In this document: positions 49,746-64,000 of the stretch, piece by piece
How the letters are laid out: each line of letters starts with the position of its first letter
How positions within the stretch are numbered: position 1 is the first letter of the stretch
Assembly (NCBI GenBank): GCA_964036045.1
Contig: OZ038378.1
Location: 103,974,001-104,038,000, forward strand
From: Eutreptiella sp. 'Long Island Sound 2002'
Lineage: Eukaryota > Protista > Euglenida
Reading direction: 5' to 3'
DNA length: 64,000 bases
The notes under the pieces: model-generated
Database searches by the model: none
The model's input: the letters and a program-made list of their open reading frames with translations, nothing else
Told to the model about the DNA's origin: nothing
Translations under genes and position numbers: made by a program

Positions 49746-51499
49746 TGCGGAGGCCGCTCGGTATCCTCCTCAGGGATTTTTGCCAACGTGCCTTACCCAA
49801 TCGGTAGGCGTTTTCAGAACAGTCAGGTTAGACCCAACCCATTCAACACCCCACGAGATGCATTTCCCAATGTGCCCAACCCACCATCATTCCTTTGTTT
49901 GACAGATCTTTTGCTACATAACCCCCACCCTTAACATCCCTCCTCGCTCCACATGCCTTGCCCAATGTGCACTGTGCATCACCATTGTTGTTCTTCACAG
50001 ATATTTTCCTGACCGGAGAGCCCCTTAAGTGCCGGCCGCGTCCCATGAAGGTGCCTATTTGCACTGGAGGGATCGGGGACCATGCACCATGGTAAGGTAA
50101 GGTGAGGGGCCACCCCCTGGTAGAGTCAAACAATGATTGTTGTGGATGGTACCTGTACCTGCACATGACGCAAATTTTTTTGTGCTGTTTGTGTGAGGTG
50201 TTTTGGGTCTTTGTGTTGAATGGAATGCTAAACTCATTTTTCAGGGTCTATAGTGTTGAGTGGGGGGACATAAGAAGGGTGAGCAACTGTATATTTTGCC
50301 CTTGCGTTCGTTTTGGATTTGTGCTTGCTATGCCCCCACCTTGTCCTGTCCTCACAGCCATGGAATGGATTTTTCAGCAACAATTGCCCCATTGGTTGTC
50401 ACCACCATCACCCCCAGCACCCCAACCCCAGTCTCTGACTATGACATCCCTGCCCAGCCCCCCATCACCGCCATCACACCGGAATCCGTCACCCATACCG
50501 CTTGTGCCCCATGCGGTTTCCCCTCCAACACCACCTTCCCAACTACCCAGCCCCCCCCCCCCAAATTCGCCCCGGCACATGTCCCCAGCCCGCCCCTAGC
50601 CTCGGGTAGTGACCCCCTTACCCCCCGGACTGAACAGCTCCTGCGGCTACCCCTGCCGGAGCTGGACAGTCGGGTCGACATGGGATGGTCACGCTACGCG
50701 TTTGCCCTGCGCCATCATGGCCAGGTGCAGATGTGGCAGCGCGGCTAGCGCCTCAGCCGCTCGCACTTTCTCAACCGCTCGCTGGAGGGTGCGAGGCTCA
50801 TAGCTCGGGCGACCCAAGCCCCAAATCACCGGACTTCTTTGCTGCCTGTGCAGCCTGCCACATGTCACCTTGCACCTCCCCACGGTCAGCCAACGTTGCC
50901 GGATATGGTTCAGCACTGACGGGCCGCCCTGCTGCCTATGCGGCCTACGACGGCCCCCCCTCCCCCTCCCCCTCCATCCCCACCCCCCACTTGACGTGCC
51001 CTGTTCTCCAAGCCTCACCTCTGAAGAGAGCCTCACCCTCACGCAAATGCAGAGAGGGGAACTGCGCCCACCCGCACCCCCAGCCTCACTCCCCGCTCCC
51101 CGATTTTCCAATCGGTGGCGCTCATACCCGCGCCGGGGATTTCCTCCCCCCCCGTCCACCCCGCAGCAAGGAGACCGCCGAGCAGTGCAACGCACGTACG
51201 TCCGGCGCCCCTAGGTTTGTCGTTTGCAGTTGCACCATGTCTGATGCGGGCCCCGATGGTAGCGTGAGCAACAAATCACAAACCTTCACGTTCGAGTATA
51301 TGGGACCTGGGCCTTGTGAACCCGGCGAGTATCCATCCCCTTGCGGACCACAAGCAAACGGGCCCTCCCACAATCGCACGAAGCGCCCCAGGCCACTGAC
51401 ACGGGCGGTGGTGCCGCCCGCTGCAGCACCCAGCAGCTGAAGGTTACCCTATCCTCGCAGCATGTACGCCTTTCCTCCTGAGTAGCATTTCGACTTGCA

Positions 51500-54429
51500 T
51501 AATGTCTTACTTGTCTTCTCCTGTGCCAGCCACTGTTTCAACTGAATCGTTGGTAATTTCCAAGGTTGATGCGGGTGTGGTACAACGTGAAAAAATAAGA
51601 AAAATGCACGTCCAGACGCAATTACAAACAATCCTGGCCACCTATTGTGTGGAACACAAGGAGCGCGCGTACGTGCAACCCAACCAGTTTCGGGTCCGGA
51701 TGCAACGCGTTTTCCCTGCGGAAAAACAACCAACATCCAAAAATACGGTGTTTTATTTCCGTGCTGGCCCAAAGATTTAAACTGGAACTCAAAACCGCGC
51801 GTATGACATTCTCCGATCTGCCCCCCCCCCCCCCCCCAAGCAGGAAACTTCGCTTGGCACTGCATATCGGCATTTGGAAATTATCCCCTTCCCGATTGAA
51901 AGTACAGTTTTCCATTGACCAAAAGCCCTCAAATACCATGCCCTTTTTCGTTTATTAGGCCTCCAATGTCCTTCCATCAATTTGTGGTGAACGGGTGGCT
52001 GCACTCCGTTCGTGGACCTCCTTCCCTTGACCGAGGACTCGCCTTCTTTTACGCTGTACCAGAACAAGCACAGGGGTGGGACGAGGCGTACACCAGGGAG
52101 TTCCCGGCAGCCAAAGCAATGTCATTAAACGAGATCAAACAGAGAAGGCTTCCAAAGACGGAGGGTGTCACACTATACAAGTGTCGACTCCGTGGCCAAG
52201 AAATCCAAAGCAACCCTTCAACGTCCAAACCGCCTCAGCCATCACCGAGTGATTCACTTCGTCTGGAATGAAGCTTTGGCCTCAAAGAGGGTACTAAGGA
52301 CTCTAAACCGGGTACAGCCTGGCTGGTCAATTGAACGGTTGAGGGGGTTGGAGAATGTAATATTGCCACACTTTAATTATGACACCGAGAATCACAAGCT
52401 TCTGGTGGCTATGGTCGCACACCTTCTCAAAGAATCGGGGCCTCTAATAGGCAGGGGCCGCTCCTCTACACCACCAGGCCACTGCACTCTGTCCCTTGCA
52501 ACTTTTTGTGACGGAATCAACCCCAGGGGCCCTCCAAATGTCAACATCAAAGCTGCCCTGGTAGACCCGGGAGGGACACTGTTCCCTTTTGTTGAACACA
52601 CTCCCGAAACAACCGGTTTTTTGACCTGGCGAGAAATGTCCAAGGTTGATTATAGTGGTTGGGTGGCGGAGCATAGACCTAGGAAGTAGAATACTCTAGC
52701 TGCGCAGCGTTTTGTTGTACCTGTGCGTTTTGCCGGGTGTGGCCACCGTGTGCAAGTCATGGTTGCTTTTCAGCTTGTAATTGCTGACCGCCATCCGCTA
52801 TGGTGGGAGCTGGGGGGGCGTGCATGTGTTGTGTGCCCTTGGGAAAGAGCACACGATGTTCGGGACATGTTCCTACATAAACCGCTGCCCATCATGAACG
52901 CCCTTGCACAAAATTTGCAGGCACCACTGGCCTGCAAAATGTTTTTCCAATGCAACCTATGTTGCATAATATCAAAGGGGCCATTAGTCGTGCATGCAGC
53001 GCTGTTGGGCGCGTATTACCCCACGCCGATGGACACGTACTGTTCCAGTGTCTAGTTACCGTGGCAAAGCGCTACGGTATCACAAAACTGCCTGTTGACT
53101 CCCGTTAGCATCGCTCGTTAGTGCGACGCCGCTTCCGGACCGGTGTTTCGCTCACGGGTCGGGAGGCCCGGTCGCTTGCGTCACGGCTTGCGGAAGAGGT
53201 TGCTCTTCCGTTGCCTTACCATGTGTTGTTCCTCTCGATCTGTCACATCGTTATTCAAATCTATCGTGGTACCCTACGAATACCCACCAGTGAATGGCGC
53301 ATCTGGGGCCTGCTTCATGTGTTTCTGATGCACCTTATCCTGGAATACAGTGAGGAAGGTAGCACACAGGCCCTGTATTGTCATGGTATGGAACATGTTT
53401 TCCAGCTGCCTCGGTTACCCATGGGCTGTACAGATGATGCAGGAGAGAGGGATGTGAGGCTTGGCAAGCGCTTTGCCCACCTCACCTCCACCGCGGCAGA
53501 CAAAAGTATTGAAGAGATGTTGGGTCATGAAATGTATGCCAAGTTCCTGGGCGCCGTGCCCGTCGCTCTGAGGTCCATCTGTGGCACCCCGAGAGGCGGG
53601 GGTGGGTTTGGAGCAGTGTGTGGTCAGTGCCTCCCCCATGTGGAGGGCAGTGTTCGAGCGATTGCTCGCAAAATTTTTGGACAAGAGTACGTTCAGGTGC
53701 TACATGCATAAGAGCACCAAGTCAGTATATATATCCACTGACACGTGCCAGCCGCAAATGGATGTGTACAGCATCTGCGGCTGTTGTGGTGCTGAGCGGA
53801 GTGGACAACGGCGCTGGACCCTTGCAACGATGGCAGCGGTACGGCACTGGCCAACATTCAACTATGTCAGTGCGAACCCTTATCTAACCAAAAAACAGCG
53901 GAAACGATTGGCCAAGGAAAGGGCACTAGGTAAGGCAGTGGTAGGTAAGCATAGTACAACCCGCAAACAGGGGACGAAGGTGACGGTGGTGACAAACAGT
54001 GCCGAGGACTCAGCCGCATCTTTTGATATTGGTCCTGTGTCGGACTCGGCCACACAGCGGACCCATCCAATGCGTGCTGTCAAGCTACACAGGCGCATTG
54101 TTGTGGATGCAAATAATTCGTTAGACCCTGACCCAACACCTTCAGACAGCTCTGGTAATTCCTCTATGGCATCCAGTCATGCATCTTCACATACGGACAG
54201 CGGAAATTCTACAAGTACTGGCACCCCAAGTACCACCAGCAGCAACATCAATAGTGACTCCCTTCTCCCGGAGGCACTACCTCCAATAAAATTTCGCCAC
54301 CGTCGCGTCCCAAGCAAGCCACCTGTGAAGGTGGCGTGCATCGATGTGGATGAGGCATCCTCAAGTGCCCCCCCTGCCGCCTTGCTTCGGGAAAGTGACC
54401 ATTGCCCTACAAACTACGTTGACCGTTAA
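51500..54429 (+). pseudogene. Transib/RAG1-like DDE transposase, few lesions in the core
   Basis: LATFCDGIN (~52495; RAG1 KESCDGMG); VIAD...GGRACVVC (second Asp plus CxxC); after a frameshift at ~52940, QPMLHNIKG (cf. DALHCDIG); SLTGREARSL (cf. MNGNFARKL); LYCHGMEH (cf. YFHKTLAH); TDDAGERDVRLGKRF (cf. SEGNESGNKLF). In-frame TAG stops at 52687 and 53106; another frameshift near 53580. Confidence 0.75.
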
Positions 54430-55050
54430 CCTTTGCTGACCTCTACCTCAGGTACCCACTTTCAGGGCTCCTTGCGGCTGGGGTATACCCAAACCGATGT
54501 CACCCGCCCTGTTTTGGGGTGGTGCGGTGCGAATGTCGGAGTGCAGCATGTGGGCCGCATACCCAACTGTTCGGAGGTGCCCGACACATGTTTTTTGTGG
54601 TACTTTGTACAATTTTGCAATTATTATTATTGCAATGCTCAAATTTGCGAATTTGTGACTTTGCGAACGAAAGAGATGTTGCATTACTGTGAATTTGCAA
54701 TTGAAAGTACGGATTTCCTTTGACCAAAAGCACTCAAATACCATAGTGGAATGGTTCAAGAGACATGGGATGTTGCATTACTGTGAATTTGCGATTGAAA
54801 GTACGGATTTTCCTTGCCCAAAAGCGCTCAAATACCATAGTGCAAAGTGGGGCTGACTGTGAACCTTTGCTGACCTCTACCTCCCGAACCCACTCCCTAA
54901 GGTCCTCGGTGCGGCCGGGGTACCCAAAACGATGTTACCCACCGTGTTTTGGGGTGGGGCGGTGCGAATGTCGGAGTGCAGCACCTGGGCCGCATACCCA
55001 ACTGTTCGGAGGTGCCCGACACATGTTTTTTGTGGTACTTTGTACAATTT
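54428..55050. repeat. Internal direct duplication (434-bp offset) plus a ~90-bp duplication in the 3' non-coding part of the element
   Basis: aacctttgctgacctctacctc at 54428 and 54862; gttgcattactgtgaatttgc(a/g)attgaaagtacgga occurs twice between 54675 and 54845. Confidence 0.85.
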
Positions 55051-56365
55051 TTTTTTTTGTTAGTACGCACCACGAGCGATTTTTTCTGTGGGTGCACCAA
55101 CTCTCACCGGGGATTTCCCCGCTGGCCGCTCGGAAAAACGCTCGGGATTTGTCCGGTGGGCGCTCGGGATATCGCTTGGGATTTATCAGGGGCCCGCTCG
55201 GGATATTGCTTGGGACTTATCCGGTGGCCGCTCGGGAAATCACTTGGGATGTTTCCGGTGGCCGCTCAGGAGATCCCCAAGCATATTTGGTATAGCCTGA
55301 GGTGTATCCAAGCACGTTCCTAGGCATTTTCCATTTAAAATCCCCGGCGATTTGGACATAAGAAGCAAAGCGATGGAGCGACATGTGAGGAATTTTGAGG
55401 GCGAGGAACGCAATGTAATCCTCCATTTTTTGTAATTTCATCATTTTTGGGTGTAGAGCCCCTTTGCCTACCCTGGCTCCACTGTCATACGTGTCCTACG
55501 TGCCTTGCATGACCCCATACAAGTAGGTAACAACGTCGCGCGTGTTGCGCGCTTCTGACGTCTGGCTACACATTTGTCCCTGGCGCCAATTACTTTGTGA
55601 AGTATGTTTTACGTGTTCTACAGCACTTGTGCACGCCTTGCAATGCATGTGTGACCGCTTTCCCTTTGGAGAACTGCGTGTACATGTCCAAGTTGCGTCA
55701 GTTACTCCCTGAGCGTGACACCGCCGTGGCCTAGAGGGGGCCTCCGGAGAACTGCGTGTACATGTCCAAGTCGCGTCAGTCTCGCCCTGAGAGGGCTTGC
55801 TCTGCGGGTGGTGTGTGGTGGCTCTACTCTCGGCCCCAGGGCCGAATTGCCTGTTTAGCACGTTCTCAATGTCCTCCCGCACCTGTGCAGGCTTTTGATT
55901 TCGTTGCTCAGCACTATGTGCCATGCTGCCTTTGTGCCCCAGTCAGTACCAGACACCCCACACCCACCTCGCCGAGTGCAACCCCATGTCGCGTTGCGAC
56001 ATCACGAAGGACCAGAATGTGGCGCTGGTTTTTCAAGTGAAGCAGCAGACATGTATGTGTGAAATGTTCAAGTTATAGCCTCTCGTTGTGTCCTTGCCGC
56101 ATAGTGTTGTGTGCATACCGTTCTCTACGCTCCGCGCGTTGCCTCTTCGTGTGTCCGTGGTGACTACACACCTTCTTTGCAGCCTGGTACCATGCTGGGT
56201 GGGTCTGCAGCATGGAAGAAGTGTATGACAAAAAGACCAAAAGCAATCACTGGGTTTTGACGCTGACACGAGCCTGCACGTACATGGTTCGTATAACCAA
56301 GGAGAAAGGCCGCAAAATCGAGGGCACAACATCACAGGCACATTTTGGTTATTTCCTAGCTTGGA

Positions 56366-58600
56366 GTGTTTGATTATGATGAGTTGTTGCCCCTCCTCCC
56401 TGCCCCCCGCGCTTCTTTGAAGGGCACAGTGTCCATCAGCGTCGATCAGATCCATGCTGGATCATTCTTGGGTTTTGTCCCCGATGAACCTGAAAAGGTA
56501 CATTTTCTGCGTGTTCTCGATGCCTCCGGTGTTGTCTTTGTATCCGTCCTTGGAGCCTATCTGAACCGTCCTATGTGTTTTGCGCGTCGCGCACGTTGTT
56601 GCTCGTGCTGTCCCTGGCGAAGTTGATCGTGTTTTACACGTTGTTTGTGCCCTGCAGAGGGAAAAAAACCACAAGAAGGAGAAAAAGGAGAAGAATAAGC
56701 ACGCGACCGAAGACAAGAGCAAGGCCACGCCGGAAGGAAGGAAGGAAGAGAAGCGGGAAGAGCGGAAAGAAGAAGCAAAGCAGAAGAAGAAGGACCCAAA
56801 GGGGAAGGCAAGGAGGATCGTGGCAGAGGACGATGTTCCAGACGAGGTGCAGGAGATCAAGGCGGAGCCAGCGCGGACGGCTACTCTGCCCCGGCGCGCC
56901 CCACGCTCTGCACACGCAGAACTGCCGGATGAGCCACTATCACTGTGTGGAAGTGCAAGTAGTAGTAGCTCCAAGAGTGGCAACAGCAAAAGCAGCACGA
57001 GTAGTAGCAGCGGCAGTGAGAGCGACGAGAGTGCCGAGAAGAGCCCGGTGCATCAGAAGGGGGCCTTGAAGGCGGCAAAGTTAGAGGCGCTAGAGAAGGG
57101 GAAGGAGAGGGCGAAGCCCCATTTCCTGGCCGAGACCCATGGACGCCCGCCAAGCAAGCTCCCCACTGGGCAACAAGGCGGGAGAAGTTCACTGATTTGG
57201 CGCACCATGTTCGATCCATCGGGATCCTGAAGAGCTTCTTCAACCACGAGTATGGCTACTCGCTGGGTACTTTCGTCCACCATTACAAGAATATCTGCGG
57301 GCAGCTGAAGGCGGCGGCTGCGGATGAAGGTATGTGTGTGCACTGCGTTCGGAGTGCTGTGCATGGAGGCTCTCCCTGCGTTCCCAGGGTCAGTCAATCG
57401 TGTAGGGCGCGACCAATTCGTTGCGCACGTCGTCTCCGCATCTATTCCTGGAGACCTTCGTGTCGTTTAGCGCGTATTATGTGTCGTGCAGTGCGACGAG
57501 ATTTGGGCCTCGCAGCCACCATGCTGGGCCGCGCCGAGCCCCGGACGATCCAAGCTGTGCTGTCCTGTGGAACGAAGAACTGTGATTCGGTCACGAAGGC
57601 TATGGAGCATTTCTAGACGCTGTACCCAACCGCCGGGGCAGAGGGCGCTGCAAAGAGTATTCTTCTTCCGGTTGCTGAGTGCTTTAGTGATTAGCGGAGG
57701 CTGGGGAATTCGACTCGGAGGACCCCAAGTCCTAACCCGGGGGTATCCCGCTGGCAAGCCTTTTTGGATTAGAAGCTCGGGATGTCCTCGGTACCGGGAG
57801 CCGGCCTCGGGGGCCGCGGTCGGAGACGTCGGATGCCTCAAGCTTCCACGTCAAGGATGTGATGGACATGGATCTTGACGAGTTGATCCAGAAGTACAAC
57901 CGAACCGTGCGGGCACCTGGACTGTTGAGGTACATGCTCGAGGCCGACCACGGGTTGACCGGAGCAGAAGCGGTGGAGTCTGGTACGGCAGTCGGGGTTC
58001 CAAGAATTTCAAGCATGGAAGCGCCAAAAGATGTGGTGCTGTTTGCGCTACGCACGAGATATACGCTGTCTCTTTTACTGTCCCTGGCGGGCTCCTTGTT
58101 TGTTCTGCGCTCCACACGTTCCGCGTGCTGTCTCCGGATTTGGCTCCGGGGACGATAACCGTGTTCACCACGCCTAATATGTGTTCGGTGTTACAGGCTA
58201 TGCCCCCGCAGCTGCCGCCACTGCTGCAATATCCTCCGCAGTACCCGGGGCTGTACAAACCGCAGTGTGCGCCGCAGTAGGGGCACCAATACGGGCAATA
58301 CGGGCAGCAGTACGGGCAGGCGTACGGGCGGCAGCTGCTGCAGCTGCAGCAAGAGCCGTAGGACGAGGGGCCATGGGATTTGAAGGCGGAGGAGTGCACC
58401 CAGTGGGACCGGGATCCCACCCCACCACCACCGCCGCAACACCAACAGTAGCAGCAACCGCCACCACCACCGCCGCAACCGCAACAGCAGCAGCAACCGC
58501 CAGCCACCCCGCCGCCGCACGAGGAAGCCCCCGCGCCGCACTAGGAAGCCCCCGCGCCGGAAGACGTGCCGATCAAGGAGGAGGAGGAGGAAGAACCAAA
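56366..58600 (+). pseudogene. Unidentified broken, probably spliced ORF with Lys/Glu-, Ser- and Ala/Thr-rich tracts
   Basis: Coding-like blocks (56580-57330, 57500-58030, 58200-58600) are separated by GT..AG-like segments (e.g. gaag|gtatgtgtg at ~57330). No family recognised. Confidence 0.3.
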
Positions 58601-59225
58601 GAAGGATACTGGCGAACGAAGTCACATCGGCGTGTTGTCTTCTCATGTGTCTCCGGCGCCATTGACTCGTGTGCAAAGCGTTCTACACGTTCCGCGTGTT
58701 GTCCCCGTGTATGTCCCTGGTGACTGCCTGCATGTCGTGCGCGCTCTGCACAGCTGCGGAGTTAGATGACGCCGATGCGTGGGATGCGGACATGGACGCT
58801 AGCGACGTGGAGATGTACACACAGTTCTCGCAGGCGGAAGGGGAAGGGGAAGGGGAGGAGTGGGGGGCAGGGGAGGGGTCGCCAGACCCCGATGAGGCTT
58901 GTGGACGGCAGTTGTCCGAGCCTTTGTTTTTCCATGCACACACCCACACCGCACCAGCACCGTCGGACCATGCGTTCACACAGCATACCCCACAGTGGTC
59001 GCATATATTGTGATTGTACACTGTTTTTTGACACCCCCGGAGCGCAGGGCCACGTGGAACCGGCGTCCACCATAGATGCGTTTTTGCGCGGGGACGAACG
59101 ATGGTGGTGAGGTTTGACCACCGCCCTATTTTTGTACATTCACGTGTTTATGGCTTTGGGCCTTTGGGTGGTGGGCGCAAGGACCCCGAGAGTCCCTATG
59201 GCCTTTGCGGCTGTCGAATCGCGTA

Positions 59226-59820
59226 TGGCATAATAGGACGGTGCCCCCCCCCGCCCCCACCCGGGCCCCACCCGCCGGGGTTCGGTTGGGACCAAGGACC
59301 CCCCCCCGCCTATTTTTGGGTCGAGAAGTTCAAAAAAATAGGAATTAGGGCGATTGGAGACGGTAGTGGGTCGCTATGACCCTTCAAAGTTGCAAAAAAT
59401 TGGTTTTTCACCGAGTGACAGCATCCCCCAAAATAGCCTTAAATATGCAAGGTTGACCCAAAAAATGGTATGATAGGGTACAGGTGGCCCTTCTCCTGCC
59501 CCTAGTGAGGCAAAAGGGTGATGAATGGATCCCATAGAAGGCATTAACGGCAATTCTTTTGGATGTTGGTGGTTTTTGTTACGCAAACAGGGCCATTTTT
59601 ACGATTTTGGGCTATTTTTGGTGATGATGTCACTCGGTAAGAAACACCTATTTTTAGCAACTTTGAAGTGTCATAGCGGCCCACCACCGTCTCCAATCAC
59701 TCTAAGTCCCATTTTTTTGAACTTCTCGACCCCGAAATGGGGGGGGGAGATCCTTGGTCCCAACCAAACCCTCCCCGGTGGGACCCTAGGGGGGGGGGGG
59801 GGCACCGTCCTATTGTGCCA
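59226..59820. mobile_element. 595-bp foldback MITE with long TIRs and a TA target duplication
   Basis: TA|TGGCATAATAGGACGGTGCCCCCCC ... GGGGGGCACCGTCCTATTGTGCCA|TA; internal blocks 59300-59430 and 59620-59750 are also reverse complements. Confidence 0.85.
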
Positions 59821-59827
59821 TATATTA

Positions 59828-60780
59828 CTACATCCCTCTCCCCTTAAATCTAGCTAACAAGCACCAAGCAAGCAAGCAACAAGCAACAAGCAACAAGCAA
59901 CAAGCAACAAGCAACAAGCAACAAGCACTTCTCCTTTCCGTTTTGGCCATTGCTCGGCCTCATTGCTCCGGGCTCTACCCTACTCTACCCATCCTAGAGC
60001 CTAGGTGGTGCCCTCGCCAAATCCAAGTTTTCCGCCAAAAACTCACTGGTGGCGGCCCGGGGCGGGGGCGCCAAGTCGGGAGGTGCCCTCCCAAAACTGC
60101 GCATTTTGTGCCCCAAAACAGCCATGTTTCGCCCAAAATAGCCCCCAAAGCCGGGCAAAACGCCCAAGCGAAGGGAAACGGTGCCTAGACTCCACGTGCG
60201 GCTTGACTTCAACGTGTCAAAGAGCCCTCTAGTGCCATTCAACTCCACGACATGTCCCAGAAACGGCCCAAAAAGGCGCCAAAAAGCCCCAAAATCTGCG
60301 CAATGTGCACCAACCCCCCGAAACCAAGCACGGGCCGTATCTTGGGCTACGTGGCTCAAAACGGAATTCCGAGGGCACCTAGTCCACCCGCAACCCCCCA
60401 CTTTTTGTGGTTTTCATGCCTCAGAATCGCCCAACGAGACGCCTAGACCTCCGTGTCAGTGGTCACTTGGTGGAGCCGGGGGGCAGCCCAGCCCGCGCGC
60501 AGCCGGGGCCAACGGTGGGTCCACCAGGGTCCCCGGGGCGAAAAAAATCATTTTTTCCAAAGTTGTTCCTAGACCACTTGGGATGCTCAAACAAGGCCGT
60601 TTTGAGCCCGTGGTGACGCGTTTTGGGCCATGGAAAATCCCAAAATGCCTTGAAAACGGGCCGTCCTGGGACCAAAAGTGGGTCAAAAATGGGTCAAAAA
60701 CGCGTTTTTCCAAAAAGGATCCCCGACCATTTGGGATGCTCAAACAAGTGTTTTTAGCCCATTTTGAGCCCGTGGTGACA
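59828..60780 (-). mobile_element. Truncated inverted copy of the 60828-62022 element
   Basis: Begins ctacatccctctcccc ttaaatctagctaac (reverse complement of the 62022 end), matches ~61200-62022 in reverse, and ends at a (TA)n tract at 60781-60819. Confidence 0.8.
59860..59925. repeat. (AAGCAAC)n 7-bp microsatellite, subterminal; mirrored at ~61950-61995
   Basis: Tandem caagcaa units. Confidence 0.9.
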
Positions 60781-60827
60781 TATATATATATGTATGTATA
60801 TATATATATATATATATATCCTCTAAT

Positions 60828-62165
<1,338 letters not shown>

Positions 62166-62167
62166 TA

Positions 62168-64000
62168 CTACACCCCGCGCCGACAGGTGGTGCCTGCCTC
62201 GCTCGATCCCGTGGGTCCCAGGGCTGCTTGAGGTGGCCCACAGCATGACGGAGGACCCAGAGGACCGGGGATACCGGTCGACCAGGCTTTGGGGGCAGTG
62301 GCAACTGCAAAGCCTTAGCATTAGCAACGGCGACGGACGCTTGCCTGCTTGTTCGCCGGGGGTAGGGGGGCAAGGCACGGCAACACAGCAGCATCGCAAC
62401 AAGCAGAAAGCAAGGGCTTCCCTGTCCAGCGCAAAGCGGCAACCAAGGAACAAAGCAGCACGCATGCGGCGAAGCAAGAGCGGACTCTCCGTTGTTCGCG
62501 TACCCCCGCCACCGTGGAGACGTCCACCACCCGTGACCCCACGTAATCCATTGCCAGCTGCGTACTCGTAAATGCCCACCACCCCTGACTCCACGTATCC
62601 CACTGCCAGCACGCAATAACCCGTATATGCATAGCCAGGATTTCTGGGAGGCTCCAGCCTAGCCTGGCCCTCAGCTTTCATCGTCCCCATGTCCCCACAA
62701 TGTACGCCGCCGACCCACCGCACCAGTCCCCTAGTATAGTACAGAAACACGGTAATAACACACACCCCAGATATATACCACGCTGGCACTCCATGTCAGA
62801 GGCCAGTACCCAATCACCCCCGAGGCATCCACTTGCCCATGTATAATATAACTTGAGGTCTACAGGGGGGACGCCGGCCGCTACGCGACGGGAGTGGCGC
62901 AACCCGTGAATATCGCTGGCTAGGATTCGGGCTGGTGGGTGCCGTAGCTTGGTTTTCGACCCACTGTAGGGGTACCCACCAGAGGCTCGCCCCGGGCTGT
63001 GGTAACCAGGTGCACCTCATCTGGCCCACATACATTGCCCTGGCGCCTACCCTTGACCCTTACCTGCACTGATTGGCCAGCTCCCGTGGTTGCGCCTCTT
63101 CCGCCACAGCAGCGGCCAGGCCGCAGGTTCGGCCCCCACCGACGACGTGGCGAGCCTACTTATAGCATTGGCCCGCGCGTCACCCCCCGGACCACTCAGC
63201 ATGCCGCTCCTCCTCTCTCCCTGCCTCTAGCCGACCGGACTGGCGCCCCCCAGGAGTAAGTCGTTACAAATGGTGAGGCGACCGCATACTCTTCGCTACG
63301 ACGCCGCGCAGTACCGCTGTTGCCACACCGACGCCACCTGCGAGCCGCCACCACACGCACCACCGCAACCGCAAGGCCATGGTCAGAGGTTACACTATGT
63401 ACATGCCCGCAGGCACGGTCCCTCTAGTTTGTTAACGGGGCCAGGGGATGCCTCTACGCGCCCCCTGAGTTGTTAGAGGGGTCAGGGGGACACCCCAGTA
63501 CCGCCATGCAACCCCGTAGCGCCCCCACAGTACGGTTCCTCAGTACCGCCGCGTACTCCCACCATACGGACCCCAGTACCGCCGCGCATACCCCCACTAC
63601 GCCAGTACACCGTCATCTTGAACTCCGCGTACCCCTTGTGAGAGCTCCTCCCAGACCGCCACGCCGTCTCAAGTACGCCCGCTATACGGTCCACCTGACG
63701 ACCACGCCGTCACATCCTTCTATGCACACACCACCGCTTCGTCGCCGCTCCCGGGGTCCGCAGGCTGTCCCCGCAACCCCGTGTAACACTCCCAGGGAGC
63801 GCCGCAACGCATGCACCGTAGCGCCGGCAACAACGTCGCCCTCCCCCACACAAATCCGTGCACCCCCGGTGTATCCCGAGCAAGCACCCCCAGCACTGCC
63901 GTAGCCAGGCCGCCAGTAGAGACCCCGGTGCCATGGGAATACCCTACAGGGGTTTGGGCCTTATTACCCTGGTCGGGACGACCCATGACACCTCACTTTT
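62168..64000. mobile_element. Probable start of another element with a CTACACCCC terminus; contents unidentified, runs off the window
   Basis: (TA)n|ttaCTACACCCCgcgcc mirrors the junction at 59821-59835; no domain recognised downstream. Confidence 0.35.

Larger units (their letters stand above)
49447..55460 (+). mobile_element. ~6-kb TIR DNA transposon encoding a Transib/RAG1-like transposase
   Basis: Inverted repeats CACATGTCACAAATCGCTTTGCTTCTTATGTCCAAAT (49454-49490) and its near reverse complement ending at 55387. An outer GGCTCTACAC/GTGTAGAGCC pair lies at 49447 and 55460. 34-bp subterminal repeats occur at both ends. Confidence 0.7.

Overview
This is repeat-dense eukaryotic nuclear DNA, and the host cannot be identified from the sequence alone. 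I found no intact host gene, rRNA, tRNA or true CRISPR array. The window is a nested set of decayed mobile elements, recognised by eye from motifs across frameshifts and stops. They include a Sola-type transposase relic (1.2-2.4 kb, minus strand), an APE+RT LINE (6.9-9.9 kb) and two Upf1-like SF1 helicase relics next to inverted arrays of a 72-bp double-hairpin repeat (12.2-23.3 kb). A 3.4-kb TIR element with an internal 2.5-kb palindrome is inserted into one helicase-linked ORF. A tandemly duplicated P-element-like transposase unit is followed by a Ulp1-like protease ORF and a repeat/spacer-like array (24-42 kb). After a 48-bp satellite (44.6-49.4 kb) comes a ~6-kb TIR element with a nearly complete Transib/RAG1-like transposase (49.4-55.5 kb). 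The window ends with a foldback MITE and elements bordered by (TA)n. The best leads are the Transib/RAG1-like element, the hairpin-array/helicase association, and the repeat-spacer array at 40.7-41.5 kb. All family assignments need HMM or structure searches to confirm.
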